A stretch of 64,000 nt of DNA from Lama guanicoe. Lineage: Eukaryota. Numbering within the stretch: the first letter of the stretch is position 1; every line of letters starts with the position of its first letter. Under the pieces are notes generated by a model. It saw only the letters and a program-made list of their open reading frames with translations, was not told where the DNA came from and did not search any database. Of the stretch, positions 1 through 12,803 are shown in pieces. The DNA is taken from contig MU056050.1 of the NCBI GenBank assembly GCA_013239625.1, forward strand, positions 5,651,366 through 5,715,365, in the 5' to 3' direction. A program made the position numbers and the translations under genes.

Positions 1-930
1 TCAAAAAATGGGCAGGAGACCTAAATAGTTTTTTGAAAGAAGACATACAAAGGCGCAACAAGCACACAGAAAAACGCTCAGTATCACTAAAGATTAGAGA
101 AATATAAATCAAAACCACAATGAGCTATCAACTCATACCTCTCAGAAGAGCAATCATCAAAAATTCAACAATTAATAAATGTTGGAGAGGATGTGAAGAA
201 AAGGAAACCCTTGTACACTGTTGGTGGGAATATAAATTGCTGCAAGTGCCATGGAAAATAGTAAGAAGGTTCCCTAAAATATGAAAAACAGAACTACCAT
301 AATATCCAGCTTTTCCCGTCCTGAGTATACATCTGGAAAAAATGAAAACACTAATTTGAAAAGATACATACAACCCAATTTTCATAGCAGCATTATTTAC
401 AATAGCAAAGACATGGAAGCAATCCAAGTGTCCATCAACAGATGATTGGATTAAGATATGGCATATACATACATACATACACACAAACTGGAATATTACT
501 CGGCCATAAAAAAGCATGAAATACTCTTGTTTGCAGCACCACAGATAGACTTAGAGAATATTATGCTTAGTGAAGTAAATCAAAGACAAATACTGTATGA
601 TATCCCTTATATGTAGAATCTAAAAAAGTACTACAAATAAATGTATATATAAAACAGAAACAGACTCACACATACAGAAAACAAATGTGGTTAAAAAATG
701 GCAGTGGGAACAATGGAAAGACAAATTAGAGGTAGGAAGTTATCAGATACAAACTGCTATGTATAAAATAGGTAACCAATGAAGATATACAATACAGCAC
801 AGAATTATAGGAATTATCTGGTAACAACCTATAATGGAGTGTAATCTGCAAGGATACTGAATCTCTATGCTGTACATCTGAATGTAACATAATGTTGTAA
901 ATCAACTCTACTTCAATAAGAAAGGAATAA
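1..930 (+). mobile_element. LINE-1 3' end (ORF2 C-terminus and 3'UTR), runs off the window start
   Basis: L1 motifs such as 'ttcatagcagcattatttacaatagcaaagacatggaagcaatccaagtgtccatcaacaga' and 'ggaatattactcggccataaaaaag'; ends 'aaatcaactctacttcaataag' plus an A-rich tail; frameshifted. Confidence 0.95.
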
Positions 931-3112
931 ATGTAAAAATGACCATATTTAAATACATTACTGCCCAAACTGTTCAATTTCTTACCCATAATATGGCTTG
1001 AAGACAAGTCCTTTCATAAACCCCTAACTCCCACATATGCCACTTGTCAAGAGAAAAATCTATCTTTTGCACATTTACCTTTCTCTTTTATTCGATTGTT
1101 GAACCCCAAATTAACTAAGAGTGTAGAACCTGCTTGATCTCACTTGAACATGTCTACTCAGAAGATCACTGTAAGTGACTGCAGAGAGAATAATTCTCAC
1201 ACGAACTATTTTCCTGCCAATATGCAGAGTTGACTCTGCAGGGGAATTTTACTCTTAAAAATGCATTTTCATAAGGTGACACATAGACTGATATTAGCTA
1301 CTAGGATTATATTATCTCATTGTAGGAAAACACCTACATCTTATTATATATGAAGATAAAGTAAGCTGCACTATGTAAAAGCATGTTAATAAGGGAATAT
1401 ATTTGAACATAGGCTACATTCAATGACGGTCACCTTTTAGTTTTTTTCCTCAAAAACACAGGCATGTATGTAACTACAGTCAATAGGTGCCACAGCACAG
1501 AGTCCAGGCTGAGCCTTCTCTAAGAATCTCAAGGCTATTAGCTTACAAGAATTATTTTCAATTTATCCGATTTTGTAACCTAGCTCCATAAGGTGTATTC
1601 ACTGTTGCTCTGACGTTGACATTTGGTTGCCTTATCTCTCTGGTGATACTGTCCAAGTGCTCAGTGGCCCCAACCAAAATGAGCAATCAGCCTCTTATCT
1701 TTTTCTCAACTCTTTCACTTCTATCCCCAGGATGAACTGAGCCCTAGGCTACGTGCTTAGAGAATCAGTTGCCATCCCCTTTTATTCAGTAATTGCAAAG
1801 GGTAACCTGGATTTTGATGAACTATCTGGTTTAGCTGTCCACACCAACCAAAATCACAACTGGGAAACATCTACACAAATTGAGTCCAAAAGCTCTAGAA
1901 TGGGCTGATTATAGGTCCTCCTTATACATAAAACTACTTCTTCACTCTCATTAATTTTTTTCAGTTTATGCAACAGGGAAAGAACACATTAACAATATAG
2001 TATTGAAAAAAGTTTTGAAAAAATAGCGAATTGTACAACTGCAGGTCATTAACGGAGGTTGAGATTGTTAGAGGAATAGCCCAGCTGTGTGATCTTTAAA
2101 GGTAAAGGAGAATGACCTTTCTGCTCTACTTGAAAGACATCCTGGCCTATTTCCATCAGAAGTATATCCTAGACTTGACAGGAAGGAGGGCAGGTGGGAA
2201 GGTCTCATTTTGTTTGTTTCCTTTGTATAACTAGAACCCTGAAAGGATTTCTATCTTAATATTATACTAAAACTACATAAACTGAAATAATTTTTTTCTT
2301 TGAACATCTAAGACAGGGATAAAAGAGGGTTAGATAGGTTAACAAATATATCCATAATGCTAAAGACTATTCCAAAATTTATTAAATGGGCCAAAATTGA
2401 AACCTCACCAGTGATCTGATGGGAATGTAAAATTCACCCAACTAACTGAAAAATATTGGCCTGTATTAGTAACCAAGCAAATGGAAATCTTGGCTCTGAA
2501 AGCCTCTGGTTCAATCTGCATGTTGGAGAGAGTGTGCACACAAGACCGTTCATCACCCTTACAATAGGCTGTAAATTATTTGCATGACATCTTCTTTGCA
2601 TTAGATGCCATGGGCCTGTAACAGGTTAGAGTAATATACAGACCATTTAAGTGACAATAGTCATAAGTTACAGATGACCAGCCACTGTGCTCCCTCTTAT
2701 CCCAATTTTCAATATGAAAAATCACCACTGAATACCAAACATGCCTTCTTGGAACATCAGCTCTGATCTGCAGGATTTGTCATGTTGTAGCTCATCCGCT
2801 TCAAAAGCACTTCATTCATTTGTTCCATATTACCAAGACTGAGATTTCACTTATTAATTGATGGAAAGAGAAAACTATGAGCTACCTGATACTCAGTAAT
2901 TATGGTTTTGATACTGCCTTTGTGAAAACGAATGACAGTATTAGCCAATAAGCACACAACCTAAATGATTTAAGCGGCAATTTATCAAAAGGACTGTCTA
3001 TATCCCTACTGACATTTAAGGATCAAGGCACTGACCTTTCAGTGCTGATCGCTGAAGCGGCTTTAAGTTATACAAACGTGGGAAAGGGAATGCATCTTCA
3101 AAGCAGTAAGTG

Positions 3113-3128
3113 AGTGAGTGTGTTTGTG

Positions 3129-3163
<35 letters not shown>
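3113..3163. repeat. (GT)n microsatellite
   Basis: Directly visible imperfect GT run. Confidence 0.95.
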
Positions 3164-3164
<1 letters not shown>

Positions 3165-4409
3165 ACTATCATCACAGTACTTTACAATGTTTATGATCTT
3201 AGGCAAGAACAGATAAGGAATTTAGAGAAAACTACAAAAAATAAAATAGCATTTATTCTGTGTTTATTGTTGTGTAGCAAGTTATGTGTATGGAGCTAGT
3301 CTTTTAATAGTCTTATCAATTTTGTAAAGTAAATATTATAATCATGATAATCCCCTCCATCTACATTGCTAATTCCCAAACTGGTATTTAATCTTCCTGT
3401 ACATGGATTAACCCAAGGTGTGCAATTGATCATTTCAGCTTCTATTACATCGAGTATAGATGACAAAAACATGTGGCTGGTCAGGAAGTACCAGCACTGT
3501 ATTTTCCATCAAGCAAGTAAGAGAGGCATAGACGTAGGGAGGCAATGTATGGGTTGTGTTCAGGGAGACTCACTAAGGTGGAGAGCAGCTGGCAGGTCAT
3601 AAACGGCTAGGTAATCGGACAAGATTCAGAGTCCAGAAAGTTAAAAGGGTCAAAAAAATCAACATTAATGAGCAGATTTGAACTTTAACACAAGAAAGAG
3701 ATGATTTGCTCTCTGTCCTGTTTTATACTTCCTCATGGATATTAAGAGCCCTGAGCCCATTAACTAGTCATCATCTCCAGAATGAAGCCAGATCAGTTTA
3801 TTTGAACTCTGCCTCGAACAAACTGAGGCCGATGTACTAAAATCAGAGCATGGTATCATGTAACTGTACCTTTTAACACCACCTCTCCCCATCCCCACTC
3901 CTACTCTGGCTGGCACATTTTGATTCGGCAGTAACTTCCTCCCTCCCTTTTCCTTCTTTAATCTTACTAAGGCGTTCAGGAGAAGTAGAAAGTGTCTCCT
4001 TTAAATTCAAGGGCTTTAACATCTAAATGAAGGGAAAAAGTATGGATAAATTAAACCAGTAAAAGTATATGAAGAAACTTATACAGTGCCATGTAAGATA
4101 AATGTACATAAGTGCTAATGAACAAAGAGTGATCACAGACACTTGTTAAACAACATATTCTACTAAAGGGCATGTTATGAGTAACATGAATTTCTAAATT
4201 GCTAAAATGAATTCATTAGGTAGTTTTCTCTCTGTCAGCAGGTGTCAGTATATGTAGTATAACTACATCTATTGTACTGTTAAATAATCCTTCCAATCAC
4301 AAGCTCTTGGTGAGTCAACACATTTTTACAATCAGTGAGGTTCACAAAAAATATATTTTGGGCAGAGAGAAAAGGAGAGTTATTAAGAGATAAGGATGAA
4401 GTACCTAAA

Positions 4410-5650
4410 AGCAACCTATGGAAAGAAAAAATAATTATAAATTATACCTGATAAGGTGTTAATATGTAAAATATAGAAAAACTCAGACCACCCAAAGCAA
4501 AACAAACAAACAAAAAACAAAAATAAAAAACTAAAACCAAAAAAGCCCCATAATAATCCAAATTTAAACTCAGACCACCCAAAGCAAAACAAACAAACAA
4601 AAAACAAAAATAAAAAACTAAAACCAAAAAAGCCCCATAATAATCCAAATTTAAAAATGAGGAAAAAAATACATGAAGTGACACTTTACCAAAGACGTTA
4701 TTCAAAGGGCCAAAAAGTTCATGAAAGATGCTCAATATCACAAATCATCAGGGAGACTCAAATCAAAACTACCTCATGCCTGATAGAATAGCTATCATCA
4801 GAAAGACAAGAGGTAACAAATGCTAACAAGGACGTGGAGAAAACGGAAGCTTTGTGCACTGCTGGTGGGAATGTATATTAGCACAACCACTATGGGGAAT
4901 AGCGTGGAGGTTTCTTTAAAAATACAGCTACTATATGATTCAGCAACTCCACTTCTGGGTATGTATCTGGAGGAAAGGAAAGCACTATGTGGAAGAGACT
5001 CATGCACCCCCATGTTCATTTCAGCATTATTCACAATAGCCAAGACATGGAACAATGTAACTATCCATCAATAAATGAATGAATAAAGAAAACATGAGAC
5101 AGGTATAGATGTAGATGCACACACATATACACAATGGAATACTATTCAACCAGAAAAACAAGGAAGCTGTCATTTGCAAAACGCTGATGAACCTGAAGTT
5201 ATGGTAAGTGAAAAAAATTCATAGAAATACAAATATAGTGTGATCTCACTTATAGAGAGAATCTAAAATTTTAAAAAAAAACATAGATGAAGAGATTAGA
5301 TTTTTGGTTGCCAGAAGCAGGGGGTAGAGAGTACGTGAACTGCAGGAAGGTGGCCAAAAGATATAAACTTCTGGTTAGAAGATAAATAAGTACCATGGAT
5401 GCAATGAACAATATGATGACTATAGATAATAATGCTACATGATATATTTGAAAGTTGCTAAGGGAGTAAATCATAAAAGTTCTCATCAAACAGAAAACAA
5501 ATTTTGTAAGTATACGAGGCAATACATGTTAAATGAACTTGTGATAAATCATTTTACAACATATATGTATGTCAAGTCATTATGCTGTACACCTTAAACT
5601 TACACAATCTTGTATGTCAATTGTATCTCAATAAAACTTGAAAAAAATAA
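4410..5650 (+). mobile_element. Old 5'-truncated LINE-1 (L1M-type 3' end)
   Basis: Degenerate ORF2 C-terminus (track ORF 4820-5074 '[11 protein letters not shown]...[16 protein letters not shown]'); 3' end 'gtatgtcaattgtatctcaataaaacttgaaaaaa'. Confidence 0.92.
4479..4652 (+). repeat. Perfect tandem duplication, 2 x 87 bp
   Basis: 4479-4565 and 4566-4652 are identical ('aaactcagaccacccaaagc...taataatccaaattt'). Confidence 0.95.
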
Positions 5651-7992
5651 ATTGTCCTCCGGAGAGGTTAAAAAAAACAGACTGTGAGAACACCCACTTA
5701 TCCAGAAATAGTCTCTACACTTAGCAGTATACATAGTCATTATTATTTTTGACCCATGATATACTTAGCAGACTTCCATCTAACATCACAAAGTCATGAC
5801 AGCTGAATCAATTCAAGATAGGTTCACTTTTACTGTTGCTTGCCTGGAGGTTGCAGTCTCCTACCCAGATGATCCATATTGGATTGTCACCTTCATCTTT
5901 TTCAGTGACAGGGATGAACTCACCTTGAGCTGATGGATCTGAAAATACTGAGGCTCTCCAACAGGAGAGGAACATTGCAGAGCTGATCACTGAAGCAGCT
6001 TTAAGTTATACAAACGTGGGAAAGGGAATGCATCTTCAAAGTACTATGTGAGTGTGTGTGTTTGTGTGCGTGCATGTTCAACAGTAAAATCATTTTCACA
6101 TTGATTTCAGCATCCATTGGTTTTGCTAAAGTTGACCTACACCCTATTTTTCCCACTGAAATCCAAAACACCTCCATGGTTCTATCAGCTTAACTGACCT
6201 CATTCGTTTTTCTTTTTAGTTGCTTTTTTCCCCTCACAGAGGATATCAGACTTAACTGCTTTAGAACACAATTAAGAACATATTTGTCTAATGGATAGTC
6301 ACACTCAAAATTGTGCATTCGGTTATTCTTTACATACACTGAATTGAACAGGTTTAGCAATTTCATATGTAGTACTTATTTCTGTATATGTTATACATGT
6401 ACACATATATCCACATATAAGTCCATGTGTTTGTGTATGTGTGTGTGTGTGCACGCGCGCGCACGTGTGTATGTGTTTTTTTCCCTTCAGGCACACTCAC
6501 AAGTTTCTCAAAATCTTAATTGTGTACCAAAAATAAAATTTCTAAGCCAATATTAAGGTACTCTTATATGCCAAATTAAAAATATGATTTTAGAAAAGAA
6601 ATGCACAAATACATGTTCTGAAGTGTCTCTATTAGAGAAGTACAAAATTTTATATGCTACATAAAAGAGAAAATTATTTCCCAAGAAATTTTTCTCTTTG
6701 GGTATATATATCTAATCCGTATATCTAAGGTTAGTTTTCATCCAATCAATGAACCTAGACCTTCAGTTCAGGCCTAAACTTTTCCTTTGATCGCATCTGA
6801 AAAACACCAAGAGCAAAGCAGGTCCTCAGGGAAGCAGAAGATGTATCTGCAAAGAACTCTCTCTTTGTAGGGATGCAAGGAGAAGTGTCCGTGTAACCAA
6901 CTGCTACTGTTTGTGCCCATCAATTCGAAACAAGTATTTTGAAAACTTGCCAAGATGACCCAAATGACCAATATGATCAGATATCCAGAAAAAGAAAGGA
7001 AAGGTAACCTTACGGACATTAGAGCTGCAGCCTGCTTGTACTGAATACGGGCTCAGTCCTTTCCTAGTGGTTGGTATTAAACTACTTCCCCTTAAAAAAA
7101 AATTGCTTCTTTGCTCACAGTTTTATCACCCCAGCCAGAGTGCTTAGGAAGAGTGAAGAAAGCAAGTCAGAATTGCAGGGGAATTCACAGAAGATTCTGG
7201 TTGCACAGGCAGTAGATTTTACATAATCTGTTTTATCTCTGCCAAAAATACACTTCAGAATCCCCAGATTGTTCTGCTTTCCTTACAATTTTTAATCTGG
7301 CAAAAATCAAACAATGAACTCTTGGTTTGGCCACGGTTGCTTTGACCAGTTGGGTCACTTTAATAAATTAAGGCTCTGGAAAGGAACGTTATGCTTTGGA
7401 GAGTTTGTAAAGGATTAATTGCTATGAATCGCACAATAACAAACAATTCAATTTATCACTGCATGGGTGAAGGGTACGGAACTAAAGTGCCCACGTGACT
7501 ATCCACTCATATGGAGATAGCACATCTCAGGTCACGATAAAAATAGACTGGGAAAAAAACTGGCCATGCCTCGCTGAGATTTCACATGCGAAAGGGCTGT
7601 GTACACAACTGGATGTGGATGAATACGTTTAAACAGAAGAATAATGAGCCACTGCTGCTGAAGCTGAAGGTGCCCAGGGGACATCTTGCATAGACCAAGC
7701 TGATAAATTTCTACTGGTAAAAATACATCTATCTTGCACCCATCTATATGTGAAGTTGTTTGGAATTCTGCATCGAGCAGTAAAACTTGATGCAATCTTA
7801 GGATACCTGCATTTTCCAACATGCCGTACTAAGGAGTCAACCAGGAAAACTGTATTTTTCATATAAATTCAAACAAATTTAACTAAATTAATCTTACCTC
7901 ACCATATCTTCTGTTTCCAGTTTTATGTTCATACTAAGAGAAGTCAGAGTTCCTATCGTAGAATATCTTAGAGAATACTGAAATATTACTAG

Positions 7993-8106
7993 TCCATAAG
8001 CTCCTTGAGAGCAGAGATCAAGGCTTATTGTTATCTTTTGTGCCCAGTGCCTTAATTGTGGATTGAAGTGAAGTAGGTGATTATTAATGGATGCTGAATA
8101 AATGGA
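7993..8106 (+). mobile_element. LINE-2 3' end fragment
   Basis: 'taagctccttgagagcagagatc...cccagtgcct...gtaggtgattattaatggatgctgaataaatgg' resembles the L2 terminus. Confidence 0.7.
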
Positions 8107-8969
8107 CGAAGGTGTAGGTATGACTTAATATGACCAATACTATACTGGATAATTAGGTACTAGGATGCACAGGATAGAAAAAAAGGGTAAGAAATATGAG
8201 CCTATTTATAAAGGCCAAAGATGGTTGTACCAACAGACGGCTCTAAGTTTAAGCTTTGGAATATTCTGAGAACTTATCAGATTGATTTGCTAAATTCACA
8301 AGAAATCCCCATTGAACTCAGAAAATAACCCCACTGAAGCAGTGCGAACTGTCCAAATGCACCCTGTTTAAAAAAGTAAGGTATTTCCTTTCTTTCCTCT
8401 GTTTCAGTGCAGGATCAAGAAGGGACAGAGGGACATGGAAAGAGAGATCACTGATCCTGCGTCATCTGAGTCAAGTATGCAGCCAGGCCTGACTTACTCC
8501 AAAGCCATTTAGTCTTAAACCAATCTATATTCTGTCCTCCATAGATGTTCCTACTGAATTGGTTTGGGGTCAGGTAACCAACATGGCAGCTTGGACAGAG
8601 AAGTGCTAGCTGCTGCTCTAATAATTCGAACAAGGCTAATCCTGCTCTTTTCAATCCACTTTTTAAAAGTGTATGCCCTTCCCTCTACCAGTTCTCTTCC
8701 TTTTCAAAGGCAGAGGGCATGTGGCTACGACTCACTACCTGAGCTGTAACAATAAGGCAAAGTCCAGCCTGTGTGCATTTGTACCCATTTCTACTTGGCA
8801 CTTGAGATAAATCTCCTTACTTTCATCTCAGAGAGTGACATTACTCACTTTATTTCAGCTGCTAGAAAGGATGAAAGCTCTCCCAGCAAAGATGTGCCTT
8901 TGAGCTACTAAAAAGTGAATGATATAGAGTATAAATCTTCATTCTTCTGAGACACATTTGTCTTTGAGA

Positions 8970-9080
8970 CGGGGGGAGAGAGACAGAGACAAAGAGAGGA
9001 AAAGAAAAGGGGAAGAAAGGTAGGAAGGGGAAGAAAGGTAGGAAGGGGAAGAAAGGAGGGAGGGAGGGAGGGAGGGGAAA
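8970..9080. repeat. Polypurine low-complexity tract with (GGAAGAAAGGTAGGAAGG)n and (GGGA)n
   Basis: Directly visible. Confidence 0.9.
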
Positions 9081-9869
9081 GCTATCCTTTGGGCAAAAAG
9101 CACTGAGGTCTCTTTTAGAAGTTAAAGTTATTTTATAGATACCAACAAGACATGAAAGAGTTCAATACAAGCAGAGACTAAATATATCACTCAAACTTTG
9201 TGTTCCTGCCAAAATTCAGGAGTTCCAGAATTCTATCCCAATTTAAATTTTGTATATCGTAAAACCAGGCTCCTGATATATTTAAGTACGTTTTTATGGT
9301 TCATTAATATTTACTGGGGGGGTTCTTTTAAAATGCATATTCTGATAATGGGTACAAATCTGTATGAGAGGATTTGTTGGGGGGTAAAATGTTGAGATGG
9401 CTGTCCAGCCAGGTATGCCCTCCTGGCTCCTATTCCAAGCTGCAATGGGCTTTTAGGGATTTACACATTCACCAAATACACAGATGTTGCATTTCATACT
9501 TTACTCCACCTGCTAAAACTGACATTTGCTTGAAAATCACTTGTGCACTAAGGGAAACACGTCCTTTTACTCAACTCCCTGATTTGCTCTGCTCTATCAG
9601 GAATTTGGATGCAAGTAGACACAACAGTCCACGAAAAGCACATATCAAGCACTGCATGGAAGGGGGAATTTCAACTCTAAAGAGTGAGATGCTGGTGACT
9701 AAAATGGCTGAGAAAACTACATCTGTCTGGCCAAATTTCTCCAACGTGACCAATAAGAAAAAGACAAGCTAGACATTTTAGATGAGGTAAAGTTATTTTA
9801 GTGTTTCATCAAATAGGAGACTTTTCTTGTGAATTTAACTTGTATCTAACTAACCTCTTTAGAATCCTT

Positions 9870-10422
9870 CAATGGTTTAGCTCTGTCGATTGCTTCACAA
9901 AATTATGTCAAAAAGATGTCAGAATTTTCTGCCTTAAAACAACCACCATGATATCACATCTCAAGAATGCAGGCAGGACTAGGCTAGGTGATTCCGCTGC
10001 TTCAAGTAAGCGGTGTCAACTAAGGTCATTCAACTGTATTTATCAGGTGGGTAGACTTTGTATGATGTGAAATGGCTTCATTCATACATCTGGTACCTTG
10101 GTATGGATATTTGGAAAGTTAAAGTCATCTGGAACTATCAAGTGAAGCACCTATACTTGGACTCTCCGGCATGGCATGCTCAAAGTAGTTAGAGCTTGTA
10201 CATTGTGCTTCAAGGTTTCCTGAGTGTGTATTTAAAGAGACAAGAAGTGGAAGCTGACAGTTTCTTCTGGGCTCAGCTTAGAAACTGACATACCATCATT
10301 TTTTCCACACTATTCTGGTTAAGATAGTCAGAAATGGTGGAGATTCAGGAGAAGATGGCATAGACTTGACCTCTCAGTGGGAGGAGCATCAAATCATTGG
10401 TGACTATCTTCAACCCATCATA
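9870..10422 (-). mobile_element. MaLR solo LTR (MLT1 family)
   Basis: 'cttaaaacaacc', 'gatggcatagacttgacctctcagtgggaggagcatcaaa' and the intervening sequence match the reverse complement of MLT1 LTRs as recalled; similar to the LTRs at 56.2 and 58.9 kb. Confidence 0.8.
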
Positions 10423-10459
10423 GGTTCTTCAAGGCTCTCAGGGTAAATGGAGGCTATAC

Positions 10460-10710
10460 AGTGAATAAAGACCAAGAGCTCTAGGCTAAATTAATTTTCT
10501 TTGAATTCTAGGTCTATCCCTTAATGATCTTGGGCAGTTATGTAATCTCTCTGAGCTTCAGTTTCTACATGTGTAAAACAGCTATGATAATACTGGGTAG
10601 TGTGTGAAGATTAAATTAATAATTCATATAAAGTACATATAACAATAAAATGTATATAACAGTAACTTACTAGCACACAGTAAATCTCAATAAATACCAG
10701 CTATTATTTA
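10460..10710 (+). mobile_element. MIR SINE
   Basis: Core 'tgatcttgggcagttatgtaatctctctgagcttcagtttctacatgtgtaaaa'. Confidence 0.85.
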
Positions 10711-11215
10711 CAAAATCCAAATTTCTTAGCTTAGCTGACAAGACCATTCATTACCTGACTTCTGCTTTCTTCTCAAGCCTCATATACTGTAATACCTCAC
10801 AGGCACCCTCAACCCAACCCAGCCACACTCAACAGTTGTCCTCTGAACATGCCCAGATCTTATACCTCCATGCCACTGTACATGGAGCCCTGTCTGCCTA
10901 GGTGAATAATCTTCTCTTCCTACTCCTTTTCCTGGGTAACTCCTACTGCTCTTTTAAAAAGCCAGATTATAAATTACTACCTCCATGTCACTGAATCTTA
11001 ACCTCCAGTCTGGATTAGGTATTCCTGCTCTGTGTTCCCATAACATTCTGTGCATACCTTTTTTAAAGAATTTATCACTATATGTGCCCACTTATTATGC
11101 CATACACTAAACTTGTATTTCCTATAGGCAGACATTCTACTTAACCTCTCTGAATCTGGGGCTTTTAGCAAAGTTCCTAAAGCCTAGTAGGAATTCAGTA
11201 ATTTTTTTTGAAATA
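10711..11215 (+). mobile_element. LINE-2 3' fragment
   Basis: 'aaaatccaaatttcttagc' through the terminal 'tagtaggaattcagtaatttttttgaa'. Confidence 0.75.
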
Positions 11216-11839
11216 GAGAAAGATGGTTAAAATAAGAATTGATTTACAGATAAATCAAGATAAATACAGCCTTATCCCCATAACCCAGTATTCAACAACA
11301 CAACAGTTATGGAAAATGAAGCACACCTAAGAGAAGAATTAAACTTCACTGACTTTTATCATCAAGAACTCAACAGCCATGAAGATGCATCGACTAGGTA
11401 ACTGAATGTAGTGTACTCACATAAAGTTGGGGGGGAGGGGGAGGCACAATTGAGTTTGTCAAAAAAATCAGTCTAGTTCATTTCAATTATTTTCCAAACT
11501 GTATTTGAGAAGTGAATCTTCTATATTAAAGACCAATCAAATTTCCATAATGGTCCCTGTATTAAAAGTTCTGCTGTTTAACTAGAAAGCAAGCCTCAGT
11601 TCAGAAAGACTAAGAGGTAAATGGAAAGTGATGTGGGTCTAACAAATCATCCTGTAAGCCAAGGGGTATCTCTGTGGCTCTGCCTCACAATGAACATTTC
11701 CTGCTTCCCTGGAGACAAATACAGCTTTTTACCATCAATGTGTGAAAAATTCATCATGTTGTGTGCATTATTTCTTGGTAGGGATTTTTTTCTTAATTTC
11801 TAGTGTCAAAAGTAACCTGATGGATTAAATTACCTCACT

Positions 11840-12030
11840 TTCTCTGACACCCTGCATCTATTTCATTGACAAATTCTGTCAGCTTTGTCTTGGAAATAAC
11901 ACAATATGACTTCGCACCACCTCGACTTCTGCCATGCTGGCCAAGCTGTCATAACCTCTTCCGGGATTAGTATAGAAGTCTCCTAACAGCTCTGTCTGCT
12001 TCTATCCTCGCCCTGTAACAGTCTACCTAC
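11840..12030 (+). mobile_element. LINE-2 internal fragment
   Basis: 'ccaagctgtcataacctcttccgggattagtatagaagtctcctaacagctctgtctgcttc' resembles the L2 ORF2 3' region. Confidence 0.65.
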
Positions 12031-12659
12031 AATTTGATTCCATCTTCAAACAATTTTGTTAGCGTAGAGATGATCTCTTTCCTTTACTAAAGAGAAGACA
12101 TATATACATAGGGAAGAATGCGTCCTGGGTCATCCATGTGACGGTATAGAGCCGAAACTGGAAGGCAGATCTCCTATCACCAAAGTCTATCTTCTTTCCC
12201 TTACACCAACACATTGTCTAGTAGTAAAACTAGAGCCAAATCATATTTTCCATTTTATAAAATCTACTTTTTCATTTGGATAGGCCCACTAGGAAATTTG
12301 GACATTAATGGGAGAAAACTCACATTAGTATTCAAATATCCCAAAGACACCTACCTATTAAATAGTTCACCACCAGAGGCAATTTTATTCTTACAAATTG
12401 GCCCAGTTGAATGGCCTTTACCCTGTGAAATCCTAGAGATCGGAGTTTTATTATTGTTTTTGTTTGTTTGCATTTTTAGCAATGAAACCCTATTATCTTT
12501 CTAATAAAACCTTATACAGAATCCCCCGTTATAATGAACATATAAAAAGAGAGCATTTTTAAAAAGAATAAAGGAGGAAGTGTCCAGAGATTAAAGTCCT
12601 TTGTTATCTAACTCAGGCTCCAGGGGAATCCAGTTTGAGAACATCTTCTATACAAGACT

Positions 12660-12803
12660 GATGGCATTCAGTGTGGTCCCCAGACCAGCACCATCTGCAT
12701 CACCTGGGAGTTGGTTAAAAATGCAGAAACTTGGGTCCAAATCTGCGTTTTCACAAGGTTCTCTCTAGTGATTCATACATGCGTTCAAGTTTGAGAAGAC
12801 CTG
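12660..12803 (+). mobile_element. MER5-type hAT MITE, internally deleted
   Basis: 'gtgtggtccccagaccagcaccatctgcatcacctgggagttggttaaaaatgcaga...agtttgagaagacctg'. Confidence 0.85.

Noticed and set aside
1185..1240. Two short palindromes (gagaataattctc and tgcagagttgactctgca)
   Set aside because: Arms of 6-8 bp are expected by chance in 64 kb.
4416..4741. ORFs with a repeated 29-aa unit; possible CRISPR-like repeat
   Set aside because: Explained by the 87-bp tandem duplication; only two copies and no spacers.
8408..8474. Strong plus-strand acceptor followed by a short open frame
   Set aside because: Weak donor, length not a multiple of three, peptide not recognised.
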